This document shows positions 1 to 13,486 of a stretch of DNA of 64,000 bases, in pieces. The DNA lies in contig NC_043003.1 of assembly GCF_006345805.1 (NCBI RefSeq), forward strand, positions 64,356,001 to 64,420,000, given 5' to 3'. The stretch is from Octopus sinensis. Its lineage: Eukaryota. Within the stretch, counting starts at the first letter, position 1. Each line of letters starts with the position of its first letter. The position numbers and the translations under genes were made by a program. The notes beneath the pieces were generated by a model. That model saw only the letters and a list, made by a program, of their open reading frames with translations. It was not told the DNA's origin and searched no databases.

Positions 1-599
1 CAATCACAGGTAGGGACTTGAAAAATAATATCAACAGAAATATAACATCAGCCACATACCTTAGGAATGAGAACAGTGTACCCCATTAGTCAAATAAAGG
101 GCTGGGTTCAAAATTCCATCAGAACACATGATGAAGGTTGGAGAGTACATCAGCCGAAACATTGTGATAGCAACAAACAAGATGAAGACACCTATCCGTC
201 CATTGTAAATAATGTACGTAATTCCTCATCTCAAAAATATAGAATAATTCAGTGTTTACTTGTTAGTGTTCTCGTGAATTGACTTTCTGGCCAAGGAGGC
301 TGATAAAATAAGTCCCAGACTTAAAATAAGTACTAGAGTTAATTACTTCGGCTAAACCCTTCAAAGTGGTGCTCCAGCTTGGCTGCAGTTCAAAGACTGA
401 AATAAGTAAAAGAAGAAGAAAAAAAAAATGGCGAAAATATTAAATTCTGCAATTTAAATTTTCGATCATATGAGATGAGTACTTAAGTAATGTTAACAGA
501 AAATATTTAACATCTGGGATGTTGCAATAGTCACAAATAATAAAATAAAAAGAAAAGAAATAATTAATTGGAAAAAGTAGATAAAAAAAAAAGAGTTAA

Positions 600-1030
600 T
601 CTTGAATAAATATCTTATTAACACCCACAAAATTATTAACCATCGTGCCAACAACAGCCATGAGCACCTTTTTGAGCTCCATCTGTCTAACACACGTGAG
701 CATGCCTACAAAGTCAGAAAACAGCACAGCTCTCCATGACTTTCGGAAACAGTTTTTCACACTCAGAGTTGCTGAAACATGGAACAAACTACCTGCATCA
801 GTTGTTAGTTGCTGAGACATTGCATCCTTTAAAACCTCCATGCTTCCTGAAATTTGCCAACACCACACCTGATATTTGGCCCACCTCTATACACACATAC
901 ACATGTACATCATGACTTGTACACTGTTCATTTCCCTGACTTTTGTACATAATCCTATGTACGATACATGCTCCTTTGATGAGTTGGAGTGCACCTGATC
1001 ACCATACACAATAATTTCATTATTATCATT
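600..1030 (+). mobile_element. 3' end of a CR1/L2-type LINE
   Basis: Encodes FRKQFFTLRVAETWNKLP, typical of the CR1-clade RT C-terminus; ends in an ATT-type tail. Confidence 0.6.
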
Positions 1031-1750
1031 TTAATTGCCTTAAAATGATAGTGTTTATGAAAGAATTTGACATACTGTGCAGGCATGGCTCTGTGGAAGA
1101 AGCCTGCTTTCTAACCGTGTAGTTTCTGTTTCAATTTTTTTCTGCAGCTCCTTGGACAAGTGTGTTTTACTCTAATGGGAAGCAATTATAATAAAGCATT
1201 AGAGGAATGAGTACAATTTAGGTTAGTTGAAATATGTTTGTTACATATTTCAACTGCTAAAAGGCAAATACACTGCAGTTACTATAGAGAAAAAAATCTC
1301 CCTTATGGCAAAAAGGTGTGAAAACACCTGGTCTGTTCAGTGTCCATTAGGAATCCCCGACAACGATGTTTCGAGTTTTTTGACTCTTGTCGATGAGATG
1401 TACCTAAGAGAGGCAACTCTGGATGACCTTAATAAGGTCGTAGCTTTTAATGAAAGACTGCTTCGCGTTAATGCTTCATCGTGTTTTTTCAATAGAGGAA
1501 TATATCAGTCATCATTGAAGTTATGTAATACATATATTGTAGATTACAGGCATTTATATTTTACATTGGCTGTGGTCATGTTGGGGCACTGCCTAGAGAG
1601 GTTTTTAATTAAACAAATTGATCTCAGTACTTATTTTTTTAGTGTCTCACAGTGTCTTTTGCCAAACTGATAAGTTACGGCGACATAAACAAACAAATAT
1701 TGGTTGTCAAGTGGTGGAAGAACTGACATGAACACACAGACACACACACA

Positions 1751-1987
1751 CAGGGTGGCCCAAAAGTAGCTTTACAGTTATTCAACTATCTCTTTCGCAT
1801 CCATATATTAACAGTTTAGATCTTAATTATAAAACAAAATATGAAACCATTATTCTATGCTAATTTAGTTAATTTTGTCAAGCTCCCTTTTCAGTTTGTA
1901 ACACAGAAATTTAAATGTAATAAAATGTTTTAAAATAAATTTAAAGGGCCTATATGATAATTGTAAACTTACTTTGGGGCCACCCTG
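1751..1987. mobile_element. Tc1/mariner-type MITE
   Basis: TIRs CAGGGTGGCCCAAAAGTA...TACTTTGGGGCCACCCTG, followed by TA. Confidence 0.7.
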
Positions 1988-3390
1988 TATATATATATGC
2001 AATATGCTTCTTTTAGTTTCCATCTACCAAATCCTCTCACAAGGCTTTGGTCAGCCTGGGGCTATGGTAGAGACACTTGACCAAAGTACCGCACTTAGAC
2101 CATTTGGTTTGGAAGCAAACTTCTTACTATGCAGCCAAGGACTATATTTCAGTATCATTTCTCAGTTGCACTTGTGACTATTTTACACGTTACCACCTTA
2201 AACTACTCCTCTATGTACCACTTTGTCTGCTGGAAATAGCAACTAAATCTCCTTCAATTCACAACCCATCATCTTGAATAAGCAAAAGGCACATTAAATA
2301 ATGCACTCTGACAGACTTCTAAAATGAAAGGGTTGTCGCTATTTTGATCATAGGCCTGCTCAATCAGCGATGATTCGAAGTTAAACAACCTCAGTTATCT
2401 ATGTAGTAAATTGAAAGAGCTGTCTTACTTTGATTAGATTTATAACTATGGTATGGTATGGCAATTTCTACAGTAAATTTTATATAGTTTTTTTTTGTAT
2501 GTACTTCATTCAGTTGCATATGATGATGATGATGGTGGACTCTCTTGTTACTTTGATGAATGGGAGTTCAGCAAGGCACAGCCGTGCAGTGTTCCTAGTT
2601 CAGTTCTTTGTCACATCCTTAGGAGGGTACAAAATGTCTCAGACCAGCAGTAAGTTACCATCACATTATGGCTTCCTGTGAGCAGTGTTAATGCTGAACA
2701 CTTCTAGTAGCATCTTCTACCTGTCCCCAGTGCCTCTTTTCCTGTCACCACTGAACTTATTAACTCGGTGTGATGGTGTTGATGCTAGTGTCTTGTTTTG
2801 TTGAACAACTTGCGCAATGGATATTATTGTAGAAGGCATGGTTTTATGCAGAGCCAGTCCCAAATCTGTATTGGTCTGGTGCAACAAATGCCACAAGTCC
2901 ATTAGTTACCAAAGTTCAAGATCTGTATAGAGTTACCTTCTCTTAGACAAGTAGCTAAAGAGCTGAATGGCCTTGTCTGCTCTGGGTCCGTTGAGGTGTC
3001 TGTGAGTGACCTTCTTCCAGAGACAGTTCTATGACATGCTAATTAACCCAGAGCTGGGACCTTCACAGGTAATACTACTTCAGGTCTAAATAGACCTAGA
3101 AACAGTAGTGGCTAAGAAGAGGTTCCTCACTCTCCAAACCCTTAAACTCCTGAACCAAGGCTCCTTTACCAGATCTTATCAACCTTTCCATTAATTTGTA
3201 GCAGGCTCAGATTATTGGTGGGTAACCAGCTATAATGGATACTGCACCAATAGAAGATAGCTTCATATTAATTTTTCATATGCAAAGCAATTGAACCTGA
3301 TTGCTGTCTAAACTACTATGTAATTTTTATAGCTTTAATAATCTCATACGTATGTTTTTCTTTCTTCTTTCTTTTTTTTTTTTATACAAG

Positions 3391-3448
3391 ATGGTTCCAA
3401 TCCTCTTAATACCACAGAAAACAGTGTGGCTGACAGCCAATTGAATGA
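3391..3448 (+). CDS. TERB1: TERB1-like gene, first coding exon visible in the window (DGSNPLNTTENSVADSQLN)
   Basis: Long pyrimidine tract and AG at 3389-3390; GTATGT donor at 3449; 58 nt open frame ending in phase 2, which matches the next exon. Confidence 0.65.
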
Positions 3449-5029
3449 GTATGTATTTCTTCAGTTTCATACATTTTATTGTTAGAATGATATTTTATTC
3501 TGAAGTGGGATTATAATTTCAGTAGCTGCACGAAATTAAGTGCTCTTCCTGCCACTTTACTCTGTGGAGCATTTAGATGTGACAGCTGAATTGAGAGAGA
3601 GAGACAGGAAAAGAGTGAGAAAGAGAGACAGTGGTGGAGGGGGGGCACCAGCAATTGGTTGACAGCCATATCAGCTTATTTGGCTATAGCAACGTGAAAT
3701 AAAGTGGATTTTTGAAGGATGCCACCTGGTCTATCACTTAACCTAAAGATCAGGAGACCAACATATTAACCAGAAGAACATGTGTCTTTCACACACACAC
3801 ATACATGCACACGCTTGTGCATGGATACACACATGCATACATCGTCGTCAATTTTTTAATGTCTACTTTTCCATGCTTGCATGGGTTGAACTGAGTTTAT
3901 TAAGGCACATTTTCTACTGCCAGATGCCCTTCCTGTTGCCAATACCCACCTTTGTTTATTTTCAAACATGTCCTGTGCCTGTGGTACGCAAAAAGCACCC
4001 ACTACGCTCTCAGAGTGGTTGGCATTAGCAAGGGCATCCAGCTGTAAAAACATTACCAGATCAGATTGGAGCCTGGTGTAGCTGCTGGCTCACCAGACCT
4101 CAGTCAAACTGTTCAACCCATGCCAGCATGGAAAATGGACGTTAAACGATGATGATGTAATATTTCCCCATGGCCAGTAATGCTTTTGCAGAATATTGGA
4201 AATGAATGCTGTTCATCTACAATAACCACATGATGTGAAGACAAGGGAATACTAAGACACACATACACACACACACACACATTTCATCATCATCATCAAC
4301 AACAGCATTTAACATCCATGTTTCATGCTAGTATGGAATGGATGGTTTGAGAGGATCCAGTGTGTTCAAGGACTGAGGCATGCTCCAATGTCTGCTTTGG
4401 TATGGTTTTTACATGCTGGATACCTTTCCTGATGCCAACCACTTTATAGTATGGACTGGGTGCTTTTTTTTCATTCCACCTGCACTATTGGGGTTGCCAT
4501 GCAATTTGCAGGACTACAAACCCTAGAAGGGGTTGTGAAGGTCTGCTTCATGCTAAGGAATAAGGGGAGTATTAGGGGAGCAGGGAGGAAGGAGCACGAC
4601 TGGTTCTTATAGAGGGACCTGCATGTCTCCATGTATCTAGTTGGGGTAAGTGTGGGGAGAGAAGGAGAAAAGGATCAGTTGGAGCTACAAGAGACAGATA
4701 ATGGTGATGAGGTGCCCAGATGGCCCCACAGAGTACAGGTTGTATAGAAGTGGGTGGTTGCTTTGCAAGATTGTATGGGAAGGAGAATGAGGGGATGTGG
4801 GAAGATTGCTGAAATGGGTAGGTTTGAAAGGTGGATGAACAAGAAAAATAAACTGGGGAAGATAGTGATGCAGAAGAGAGAGTGGGAGGAGCAGCTGAAG
4901 TAGTAAGAGGATACACTTATTGGGGAGCGAGTAAGACCTAAGAAGAAGATGGTTGGGCAGTCTGTAGGAGCTTCTGTCACATGAAGTTTATATTCTTGGA
5001 TAGTCTGCCAGTCATTCCACTGTATCTTT

Positions 5030-5780
5030 TATATGTCGATAGCTTTCATTGAATACAGCGAATGGAATCTATATCTACTTTTCTCTACATATCAAGCAAG
5101 CCCACTTCCTTGAGGGTACCAAGGTCCTGATTCTTTTCTACTTACTAAAACATTCTTCTTTGCCAGGTTTACCTTAAGGCCCCATAATTCCATGTTTAGC
5201 TTCTATACCTGGCATTTCTTCTTTAATTCCCCTATAGATTCAACTGTGAGAACTAGATCATAAGCATATCGGAATTAACCCTGGACAGCCAGCTTTAATC
5301 TTCTCAGTGATGGATTGTAGGACTATGATGAATAGGAGAGGACTAAGGACTAAACCTTGATGGACTCCTCCCTTCATGCTAAATTCATCACTGAACTCAT
5401 TGCCAACTTTCACTTTACTTACTGCATCCTTGTACATAGCTTGAACCACCTACACAAGCCATTCACCTACACCTGGTTTCTTCAGAACCTACCAAAATGC
5501 TGAACACAATACCTTGTCAAATGTTTTCTCCATGTCAACAAGAGCCAGGAATAGCTGTTTATTCTTAGCCATGTATTTCTCTTGCAGTTGCTTCACTGGG
5601 TAGATTGCATTTGTGGTATCCTCTTCTGGGGGCCGAGCCAAATTGTATCTCATTTATGTCTATATTAGCACAGACCATTTAGGCTATAACCTTTTCAGTG
5701 ACCTTTGTAGCTTGGTCTAAAAGTTTGATTCTTGTATGGCTGCTTCTTTCTAAGGTATCACTTTTGCCCTTGTCACAGGC
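5030..5780 (-). mobile_element. Decayed RTE-clade LINE reverse transcriptase fragment
   Basis: VQAMYKDAVSKVKVGNEFS...GVHQGLVLSPLLFIIVL motifs with frameshifts. Confidence 0.85.
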
Positions 5781-6464
5781 ACGGGAAGGATGATAAAAAT
5801 GAAATATTAGCTTGGAGAAAGAAAGGGGGAAATAAAAATATATTGCATAAAGAGAGTTTGACGCATGACTGTTAATAATAATCTAATGTGAAATGAAAGA
5901 ATAAATGAATGGATAACAGACTTCTTTCAGTTTCCATCTACTAAAAACAGTCACAAGGTTTTGGATGGCCCAGGGCTATAGTAAAAGGCTTTTACACAAG
6001 GTGCCATGCAGTGGGACAGAACCAAAAATCTATATGGTTGGAAAGGGAACTTTTCACCCACTTAGCGATTGTTTCAGATTTTGGCACAAGGCCAGCAATT
6101 TTGCAGGGCAAGTTTAGTCAATACCATAAACCCCAGTGCTTTTACCAGACTTTTTAAGCCTGGTACTTGTCTATCAGTCTCTCAGTACTTCACTTGTACT
6201 TTATTTTATCTACTCTGTATAGAGGAAAGGCTAAGTTGATCTTGTGCCATGCTATAACCACTGGTGCCATGCAAAAAGAACCGTCCTGGGTCCCACATTA
6301 AAAGCTCCCAGCACACTCTGTAAAGTGGTTGGCATTAGAAAGGGCATACAGCCATAGAAACCATTCCAAATCAGACAATGGTGTCTTGTGCAGCACTCGG
6401 CCTTACCAACCCATATCAACACGGAAAACAGATGTAAAGTAATAATATATATATACTTTTTTTT

Positions 6465-6685
6465 TCACTCTTTTACTTGTTTCAGTCATGTGACTGGCCA
6501 TGCTGGAGCACCACCTTTAGTTGAGCAAATTGACCCCAGGACTTATTCTTTGTAAGCCTAGTACTTATTCTATCGGTCTGTTTTGCCGAACTGTTAAATT
6601 ACAGGGACGTAAACACACCAGCATCAGTTGTCAAGTGATGTTGGAAGGACAAACAAAGACACACACACACACACACACATATATA

Positions 6686-6770
<85 letters not shown>

Positions 6771-6931
6771 GACGGGCTTCTTTCATTTCCATCTATCAAA
6801 TTCACTCACAAGGCTTTGGTCAACCCGAGGCTATAGTAGAAGACACTTGCTCAAGGTGCCACACAGTGGGACTGAACCTGGAATCATGTGGTTCATAAGC
6901 AAGCTACTTACCACACAGCCACTCCTACGCT
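6465..6931 (-). mobile_element. tRNA-derived SINE family A (GGCGCAGGAGTGGCTGTGTGG head, internal microsatellite)
   Basis: A/B-box head and shared 3' tail; many copies in the window. Confidence 0.85.
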
Positions 6932-6989
6932 TATAGGCGTAGGAGTGGCTGTGTGGTAAGTAGCTTGAATTACTCTCATATATATATAG

Positions 6990-7620
6990 ATATATATAGG
7001 AGATAAATAAAAATATATGCATACATACAAACATATATGTACGTACCTACATCTACATGTATATATACATGCATATATAAATAATTATACGGAAGTACAG
7101 GACATCACAATAAGACGTAGAAACAGAAAAAGCCAAAAAACAAAAACAAGAAAACGGAAAACGAAAACCAAATACAGGACAGGTTACACAAGGACAAAAC
7201 CCCGTCATCAGCTGTCGCTAGAGGAGTCAGGCATGTTTCGAAGGCATAACAGAACACTAATCCAATAGGCCTTCCTGCGAGAGAATTAAAATAAAATTTC
7301 AAGCAGCGGGGCACAATGAGTACGAACACAAACAAGACGTAACAATAAGACTGCAAAATTAAAATACATGTACAAAAACAAACACAAGAGGACGAACGAA
7401 AAAGCCCTTTTTCTGGCATAGACAAACATAAAACTGCAAAAATAAAAATACATGTACAAAAAGTACAATTAGTTACAAAACGAGAAAATAACAAGAATAC
7501 TATACAGGAAATTAACCACACAAGGGGACGAACGAAGAAGCCTTTTTGCTGGCAAGGACGAAAGTGTAGTAGCAGCGCGTGGAGGCAGTCTTTTCAATAG
7601 TGGTAACCACGTGTAAAGGA
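6990..7620 (-). mobile_element. Penelope-like terminal-repeat remnant
   Basis: Shares the ATATATGTACGTACCTAC..CTACATGTA block with 45291-46624; GAAAC...CTGATGA on - strand. Confidence 0.4.
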
Positions 7621-8038
7621 ATTTTGTTTTTATACATACACACACACACATATATATACAGAGAGGGAGAGAGAGAGATATTACAACAGTTTTTGGGGTT
7701 TCATTTATTCATCTTCATATTTTTTTTTTAATATTACCATGATGTAAGAAGAATTCTGTAGGTTGCATGCAGCAGCTGATTTTTAAAAAGAATTTGTATT
7801 CTTTTCTGTGATTTTGCTCACATTTCTTGTTATATTAGATAATTCGATGTTATCAAAAAAAATGTGATATAAAAAATATTCATGTTACCATCGACAGTTT
7901 CATAAAAAGCAAAACAAAAAACCTAACTGAATGATAGAATTATTTTAAATAATACATTGTTCCTAGTATCTTAGATGACATTTGAAGTAAAAAAAACCTT
8001 AACTTGTTCTAATTTCTTATCATTTTTATTTCTTTTAG

Positions 8039-8129
8039 TTACCAAATGCAACCCACCAAGGAAAACACAGAATTACTCTCAGAAAAACTTGACTGTATTC
8101 TTCAAAAGTTGGCCAAGTTAGAAAATGAA
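8039..8129 (+). CDS. TERB1: TERB1-like exon, short predicted coiled coil (YQMQPTKENTELLSEKLDCILQKLAKLENE)
   Basis: tcttttAG acceptor and GTAAGA donor; phases 2/0 match both neighbours; heptad-like Leu pattern. Confidence 0.78.
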
Positions 8130-8624
8130 GTAAGAAGTGTTGCACTAATTTTGGGTTACTTTTGGATGTCAAAAAAATACTTCAAAACCTAAATGGGGTC
8201 TATAATATCTGGCTATAATGCAGTGTGATCTTCGTACATCAAATTATTTTATGCTTATCTTACCTTTTATCGTTTGCTTGTTTAACTCATTGGACTGCGA
8301 CCATGCTGGGGCACTGCCTCGAAGGATTTAGTGAAATAAATCCGCCCCCCTCCCCCACTCACTAGTACAAATGTTGCTTTTGTTATTTATTTTTAAATCT
8401 GGTACTTATTTTTATTGGTCTCTTTTGCCAAACTGTTAAGTTAAGGGGATGTAAACAAACCAGCTTGGTTGTCAAACTGTTGGGGTTGGGGTTGGGGGTG
8501 ACAAACAAACACACACCCAGATGTTTGTGTGTGTACTTGGTCTTTGTCTTAGTCACTTGGCAGCCAGTGTTATTTTATTTATGTCCCTGTGACTTAGCAG
8601 TCCAGAAAAAGAGATCAGTAGTAT

Positions 8625-9023
8625 GTTCTTTTATTCTTTTACCTGTTTCAGTCGTTTGACTGCAGGCATGCTGGAGCACCGCCTTCAGTCGAACAAACCG
8701 ACCTCAGGACTTATTCTTTGAAAGCCTAGTACTTATTCTATTGGTCGCTTTTGCTGAACTGCTAAATTACACCAATATCAGTTGTCAAGCGATGGTGCGG
8801 GGACAAACAAACAAACAAACAAACAGACAGACAGACCACACACACACACACACACACGCGCGTGCTCGCGAGACAGGCTTCTTTCAGTTTCTTTCGGTCA
8901 AATTCACTCACAAAGCTGGAGCTAAAGTAGAAGACACTTGCCCAAGGTGCCACACAGTAGGACTGAACCCGGAACTATATGGTTGAGAAGCAAGCTTCTT
9001 ACCACACAGCCACTCTTGCGCCT
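8625..9023 (-). mobile_element. SINE family A copy
   Basis: Same head and tail as 6465-6931. Confidence 0.85.
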
Positions 9024-9227
9024 ATGTCTAAGTGCTAAAGTTAAAAATAAGCACTAGGGTCAATTTTTTCAAGTAAAAGCCATTCAAAGTAGTGCCCCAG
9101 CATGGCCGCAGTCCAGTAGCTGAAACAAGTAAAAGATAAAGGTGTTCTCTTTTGTCTGTTTGAGACAATGAAATTTGAAGTGTGCTCTACTAATACATAT
9201 TGCATTAAATGCATATACCATATTTTA

Positions 9228-9755
9228 ACGTTGTTATATGGGAAAAGGTTCTCATTGAAGATGAAAAGAAGGGTCTATAGGTGTTGTGTGAGAGCTGCAA
9301 TGCTGTATGGGAGTGAGACATGGTGTCTGAGGGGGAGAGAGATGGCAATTTTGAGAAGGACTGAGAGAGAAATGTGTGTGGTGTGAAGGTGTTTGATAAG
9401 AGGAGGACTGAGGATTTGATGGGAATGCTGGGGCTGGCGGAATCAGTGGAATGGTTGGCAAGGGTGAATGGAGTGAGGTGGTATGGGCACGTGTTGAGGA
9501 AGGATGAAGAGCATGTTCTGAGGAGAGTGATTGCATTTAAGGTAAATGGAGCATGAAAGGGAGGTAGACCAAGGAAAAGGTGGAGGGAACAAGTGGAGGA
9601 GGAGATTGGGAGGGTTGGTTTGAAGAAGGAGGATGCCCAAAATCGGGTGAGATGGTGTGAGGGCAGTTGCTTTGGCATTGAAGTAGATCTGGCTACCCCT
9701 GTTAACGGGGACAAAACCCGGATTTAAAACACTGGAAGATGATGATGATGATGAT
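9228..9755 (+). mobile_element. RTE-clade LINE 3' fragment with (GAT)n tail
   Basis: RVYRCCVRAAMLYGSETW and VRWYGHVLRKD...GRPRKRW motifs. Confidence 0.9.
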
Positions 9756-9897
9756 AAAGAACTCTTTTTTGTCAAAAATTAGGTTAAAAAAATATGGGAG
9801 TTTCTTACACATAGTATAATCCCTGACAAAATTTTTTTTCCAAATTTTCAGCCCCAAAAATTAGGGGGTTCCTTCTACACGTTAAAATACAGTAGAT

Positions 9898-11349
9898 TCG
9901 AGGCTGAACTAAAAAGTTCATTGGTTGGCTATGAAGGAGTGATGCTAGACCTGTGAAATCTTGCATGCATTAATTTCAAATTCTTCTTATTAATAACCTC
10001 ATTGTTTCGTTCCAAGTAAATTGACATCTGACTGTTCAAAGAGGAGTTCAAAGCAACTAGTAGCAACTTCTCTTGAAAATGGACAAAATTTGTCATCGTG
10101 ATGTTATCAAGTTGCTACATTAGGGGATGATGCTCCAACTTCATCAACAGTGCAAAAATGGGCAGTTGAATTTATGAGGGGAAGGATGAGTTTTGAAGAT
10201 GACCCAAGGTCTGGATGTTTTGCAAACTGTTACCATCAAAGAAAATATTGATTAAGGTCGCAAGCTGGCAGAAATGTTAGCATGCCGGGCGAAATGCTTA
10301 GCGATACTTTGTCTGCTGCTACATTCTGAGTTCAAATTCCGCCGAGGTTGCCTTTGCCTTTCATCCTTTCGGGATTGATTAAATAAGTACCAGTTACTAA
10401 CTGGGGTCGATATAATTGACTTAATCCATTTGTCTGTCCTTGTTTGCTCCCTGTGTTTAGCCCCTTGTGGGTAGTAAAAAAATATTGATTGTGTTCACAA
10501 CATGCTGATGGTTGACAGGCAACTGACTATAAATCAAGTTGTCAATGCTATTAGCATATCCCATAAGAGAGCTGAGAATATTCTGCATAATGAGCTTGGC
10601 ATGTTGGTTTCTGCTTAGTGGGTGCCATATCTTCTGACACTTAATCAAAAGCACACTTGACTGATCACATCATAGGAAAATCTGTCATTGTTTGAGACAC
10701 ATCCACCTGGTTTCCTTGAATGTTTCCTAACTCAGGATGAGTGTTAGGTTCATCTCTTTGAGCAAGAGACAAAGAGACAATCCATGCAGTGGCAACACTT
10801 CTCCTCATCTTTTCCAAAGAAGGCCAAGGTCATTTCTTCTGAAGGGAAGTTGACGGCCTCAGATCCTTGAGATCCAAACAGCATTATCTTCAAAATGGCC
10901 TCACCATCAATGGAGAGTACAATGCCAACTTACTGAAGCAATTATGAAAGGCTTTCAAGACGAAATGCCCAGAAAAACTGATGCAAGGGATCTAGTTTCA
11001 TCAGGACAATGCCCCAGAACACAAGTCCTTGGTTTCTGCAGCTGCTATGCAAGACTGTGGCTTTGATCAGCCTTCCTGTTCCCCTGATTTGGTCTCATCT
11101 AACTATCATCTATTCTCCTCCAACTTGAACAAACACTTGGTAGGGAACCAGTATCATAGTGATGATTGCATCATATACACTGTTGATGACATTTTTTTGA
11201 CCTACAGGATTTAAGCTTCTTCATCAATGGGATCCAAACACTGCAACACCAATGGAAAAAGTGTGTGGGCAGCAAATCGGGGACTATGTTGGAAAATGAA
11301 TCTCATTTGGCCACATTCCAGCTAATGCACTTTTCAGCTGATCTTCATA
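9898..11349 (+). mobile_element. Decayed full-length mariner transposon (transposase pseudogene) with a nested SINE
   Basis: DDPRSG, WVPYLLT, TQDEC*VH, FHQDNAP and P-SPDL motifs in order; degenerate TIRs at both ends. Confidence 0.85.
10254..10478 (+). mobile_element. SINE family B inserted in the mariner element
   Basis: AGCTGGCAGAAA...GAGTTCAAATTCC head; TSD AAAATATTGATT at 10242-10253 and 10479-10490. Confidence 0.85.
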
Positions 11350-11604
11350 GCTATCTCTTTATAAATCAAGCAGTTTCTGCAGCATTTGATGTTACTAAAC
11401 ATGATTGGAAGTCAATAATTGTGGTGTTGAGAAACTCGCTTCACAAGCACATAGCTCAATTGCAGTGTGTAATTCATATGCCATTTTATAGTCTTATTTT
11501 ATTTTATAGGCTACAAATATTTTCAGACAAGATTAAATATTCAAATAAAAAATTTCCTCAAATTTTTACCATTAACATTCTTTTTTTTTTTTTTTATTCT
11601 CCAG

Positions 11605-12322
11605 GGGATTAAAACCCACTCTACAACAAATTCATCAACATCTATAAAAGAATTCCGACTGGACCATGGCAGACACAAAGTAAAACAACACATTTCTAGT
11701 TTCAAGAAGTTACACAGCTCTCGTCCTGAAAGCCAAAACTCAAAGACATCCAAATCAGCCAATTGTATCACTACTGATCACAATGGAACATATATTTCAG
11801 CCCCTAAAAGTCTTACCAATATGGATGATTCCGCATCTCAATGCACTAATTTCCAAGAATATGATTATAGAAAAAGAGATTGCTTTTTATCTGTGCCAGT
11901 CTCTGCTAATAGTAGTATATTCTCACCACTGAACAAAAAATTACTTCATACTGCCAATATATCCAAAAAATTTGGAATGTCATCAAAATACCGATATAAA
12001 GGTTTAGCTCCTGAAGAATTGACAGATCCCAGCTTACCTAATAATGCTAGGTTTTCAAGTGAAGTTTCATACAGTCATGCTTATTTTGATAATTTGCCAA
12101 GGAAGCTGTTTGGCAGACCTTCTGCTCCTTCAAGAAATGAACATTACCAGCAAAACTTGATACAGGAAAATTCTCCAATATCAAAAAAGCCTTTACCTAA
12201 TTCTGCTTTGGAGCAGTCGACATGTGATTCACCAGTTCTTTTTCAAGAACCTTCAGCTTCAGGTGGAAAGAATGAAGAAATATGGTCAACCACAGAAAGC
12301 CCTTCAAATTTCAAAAAGAAAT
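11605..12322 (+). CDS. TERB1: TERB1-like large Ser-rich, low-complexity exon (718 nt)
   Basis: Poly-T and ccAG acceptor; frame open from 11605 through ORF 11821..12435; GTAGGA donor in phase 1. Confidence 0.8.
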
Positions 12323-12379
12323 GTAGGACCTATTTTATTTGTATTTTCATTTTAACATCTACAGTTGAAATGTATTATA

Positions 12380-12456
12380 CAGGGTGTCCACAAATTATCT
12401 TTACAATTTGGAATTTAAAAATATTGAGGTTGTAAAGATAATTTAAGGACATCTTG
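12380..12456. mobile_element. Tiny Tc1-type MITE or hairpin
   Basis: CAGGGTGTCC...ATTATCTTTACAA / TTGTAAAGATAAT...GGACATCTTG inverted arms. Confidence 0.55.
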
Positions 12457-13390
12457 TGTATCTTATCCCAGCTTTACATTGTGGCTTTCACCCAATTTTG
12501 ATTAAACTTACTAACACAAAATATTTGTGAAAGCTTAGGCTAAGTATTATAAAGGGAATTTTGATTACTTTAAAATATATACAGGCATACCTCAGCTTAA
12601 GTTGTTCTGGATTATACGTCAGTTTTCAAATTTTTCAATTTGTTCTAAGCTGTCTTTTTTTAAAATTTCTTAAATATTTTTTTTAAAATAATTATCCTGC
12701 ACTCTTTAATGCCATTTTGTAGAGCATTTTCCACACAGAGTATCTAAATGTAGTAATTTAAAAAATTTTAATAATTATGGTACTGCTTTAATTGTAGTTT
12801 GTTTACATCTCTGGTAAGTTATGGGAACATAAATAAACCAATACTGGTTGTCAAGTTGTGGGATGATAAACACAGACACACACACACATGCAAACACGAG
12901 AAGTTTCCACACAGTTTCTATTTACCAAATTCACTCACAAGGTATTAGTTGGCCTGAGACTATAGTAGAAGACATTTGTGCAAGATGTCATGCATTGGAA
13001 CTGAACCCAAATCCTCATGGTTGCAAAGTGAGCTTCTTAACCACACAGCTATACCTATGCTTATATTTAATTATTACCTTAATAGAATCTCTGTCAGTGT
13101 CAATACAAGAGGACATTTTGTGATTGTTGCACCACATTAGTATTTAAAACTTCCATAGATATTAGAATCAGACTTGGCTACTGTATTTTTCTTATTTACC
13201 TTTCTCCAAGATGGTGTAATTTTTCAACTCAAACTAAAAAAAGTACTGGCGTTAGTTTTTTTGACTAAAATTCTTCAAGGTGGTGCTCCAGCACGGCCAC
13301 AGTCTACTAACCAAAACATATATAAAATAAAAGATAAATAAATAATACCTAATAATTTACAATTTTTGCTTTGTTTTTAATCCATTTCAG

Positions 13391-13486
13391 TTCCATCTTC
13401 TGATAACCAAAATATCATGTCAAACCAAAATTCACTAAATGTTACTGAGTGTTGCTGCACTTCTAAAAAGTTTACACAGTGTCCTG
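13391..13486 (+). CDS. TERB1: TERB1-like exon (PSSDNQNIMSNQNSLNVTECCCTSKKFTQCP)
   Basis: tttcAG acceptor, GTATGG donor, phases 1/1 consistent, open frame. Confidence 0.75.

Noticed and set aside
125-165. Hammerhead-like TGATGAAGG...CCGAAAC
   Set aside because: The core is mutated (ATGATGA rather than CTGATGA); at most a degenerate Penelope-like remnant
1227-1670. 147-aa ORF
   Set aside because: Runs into a SINE tail; no recognisable family or clear splice sites
2514-2700. Possible additional TERB1 exon after ttcattcAG
   Set aside because: No recognisable homology, (GAT)n repeat-like start and no convincing donor
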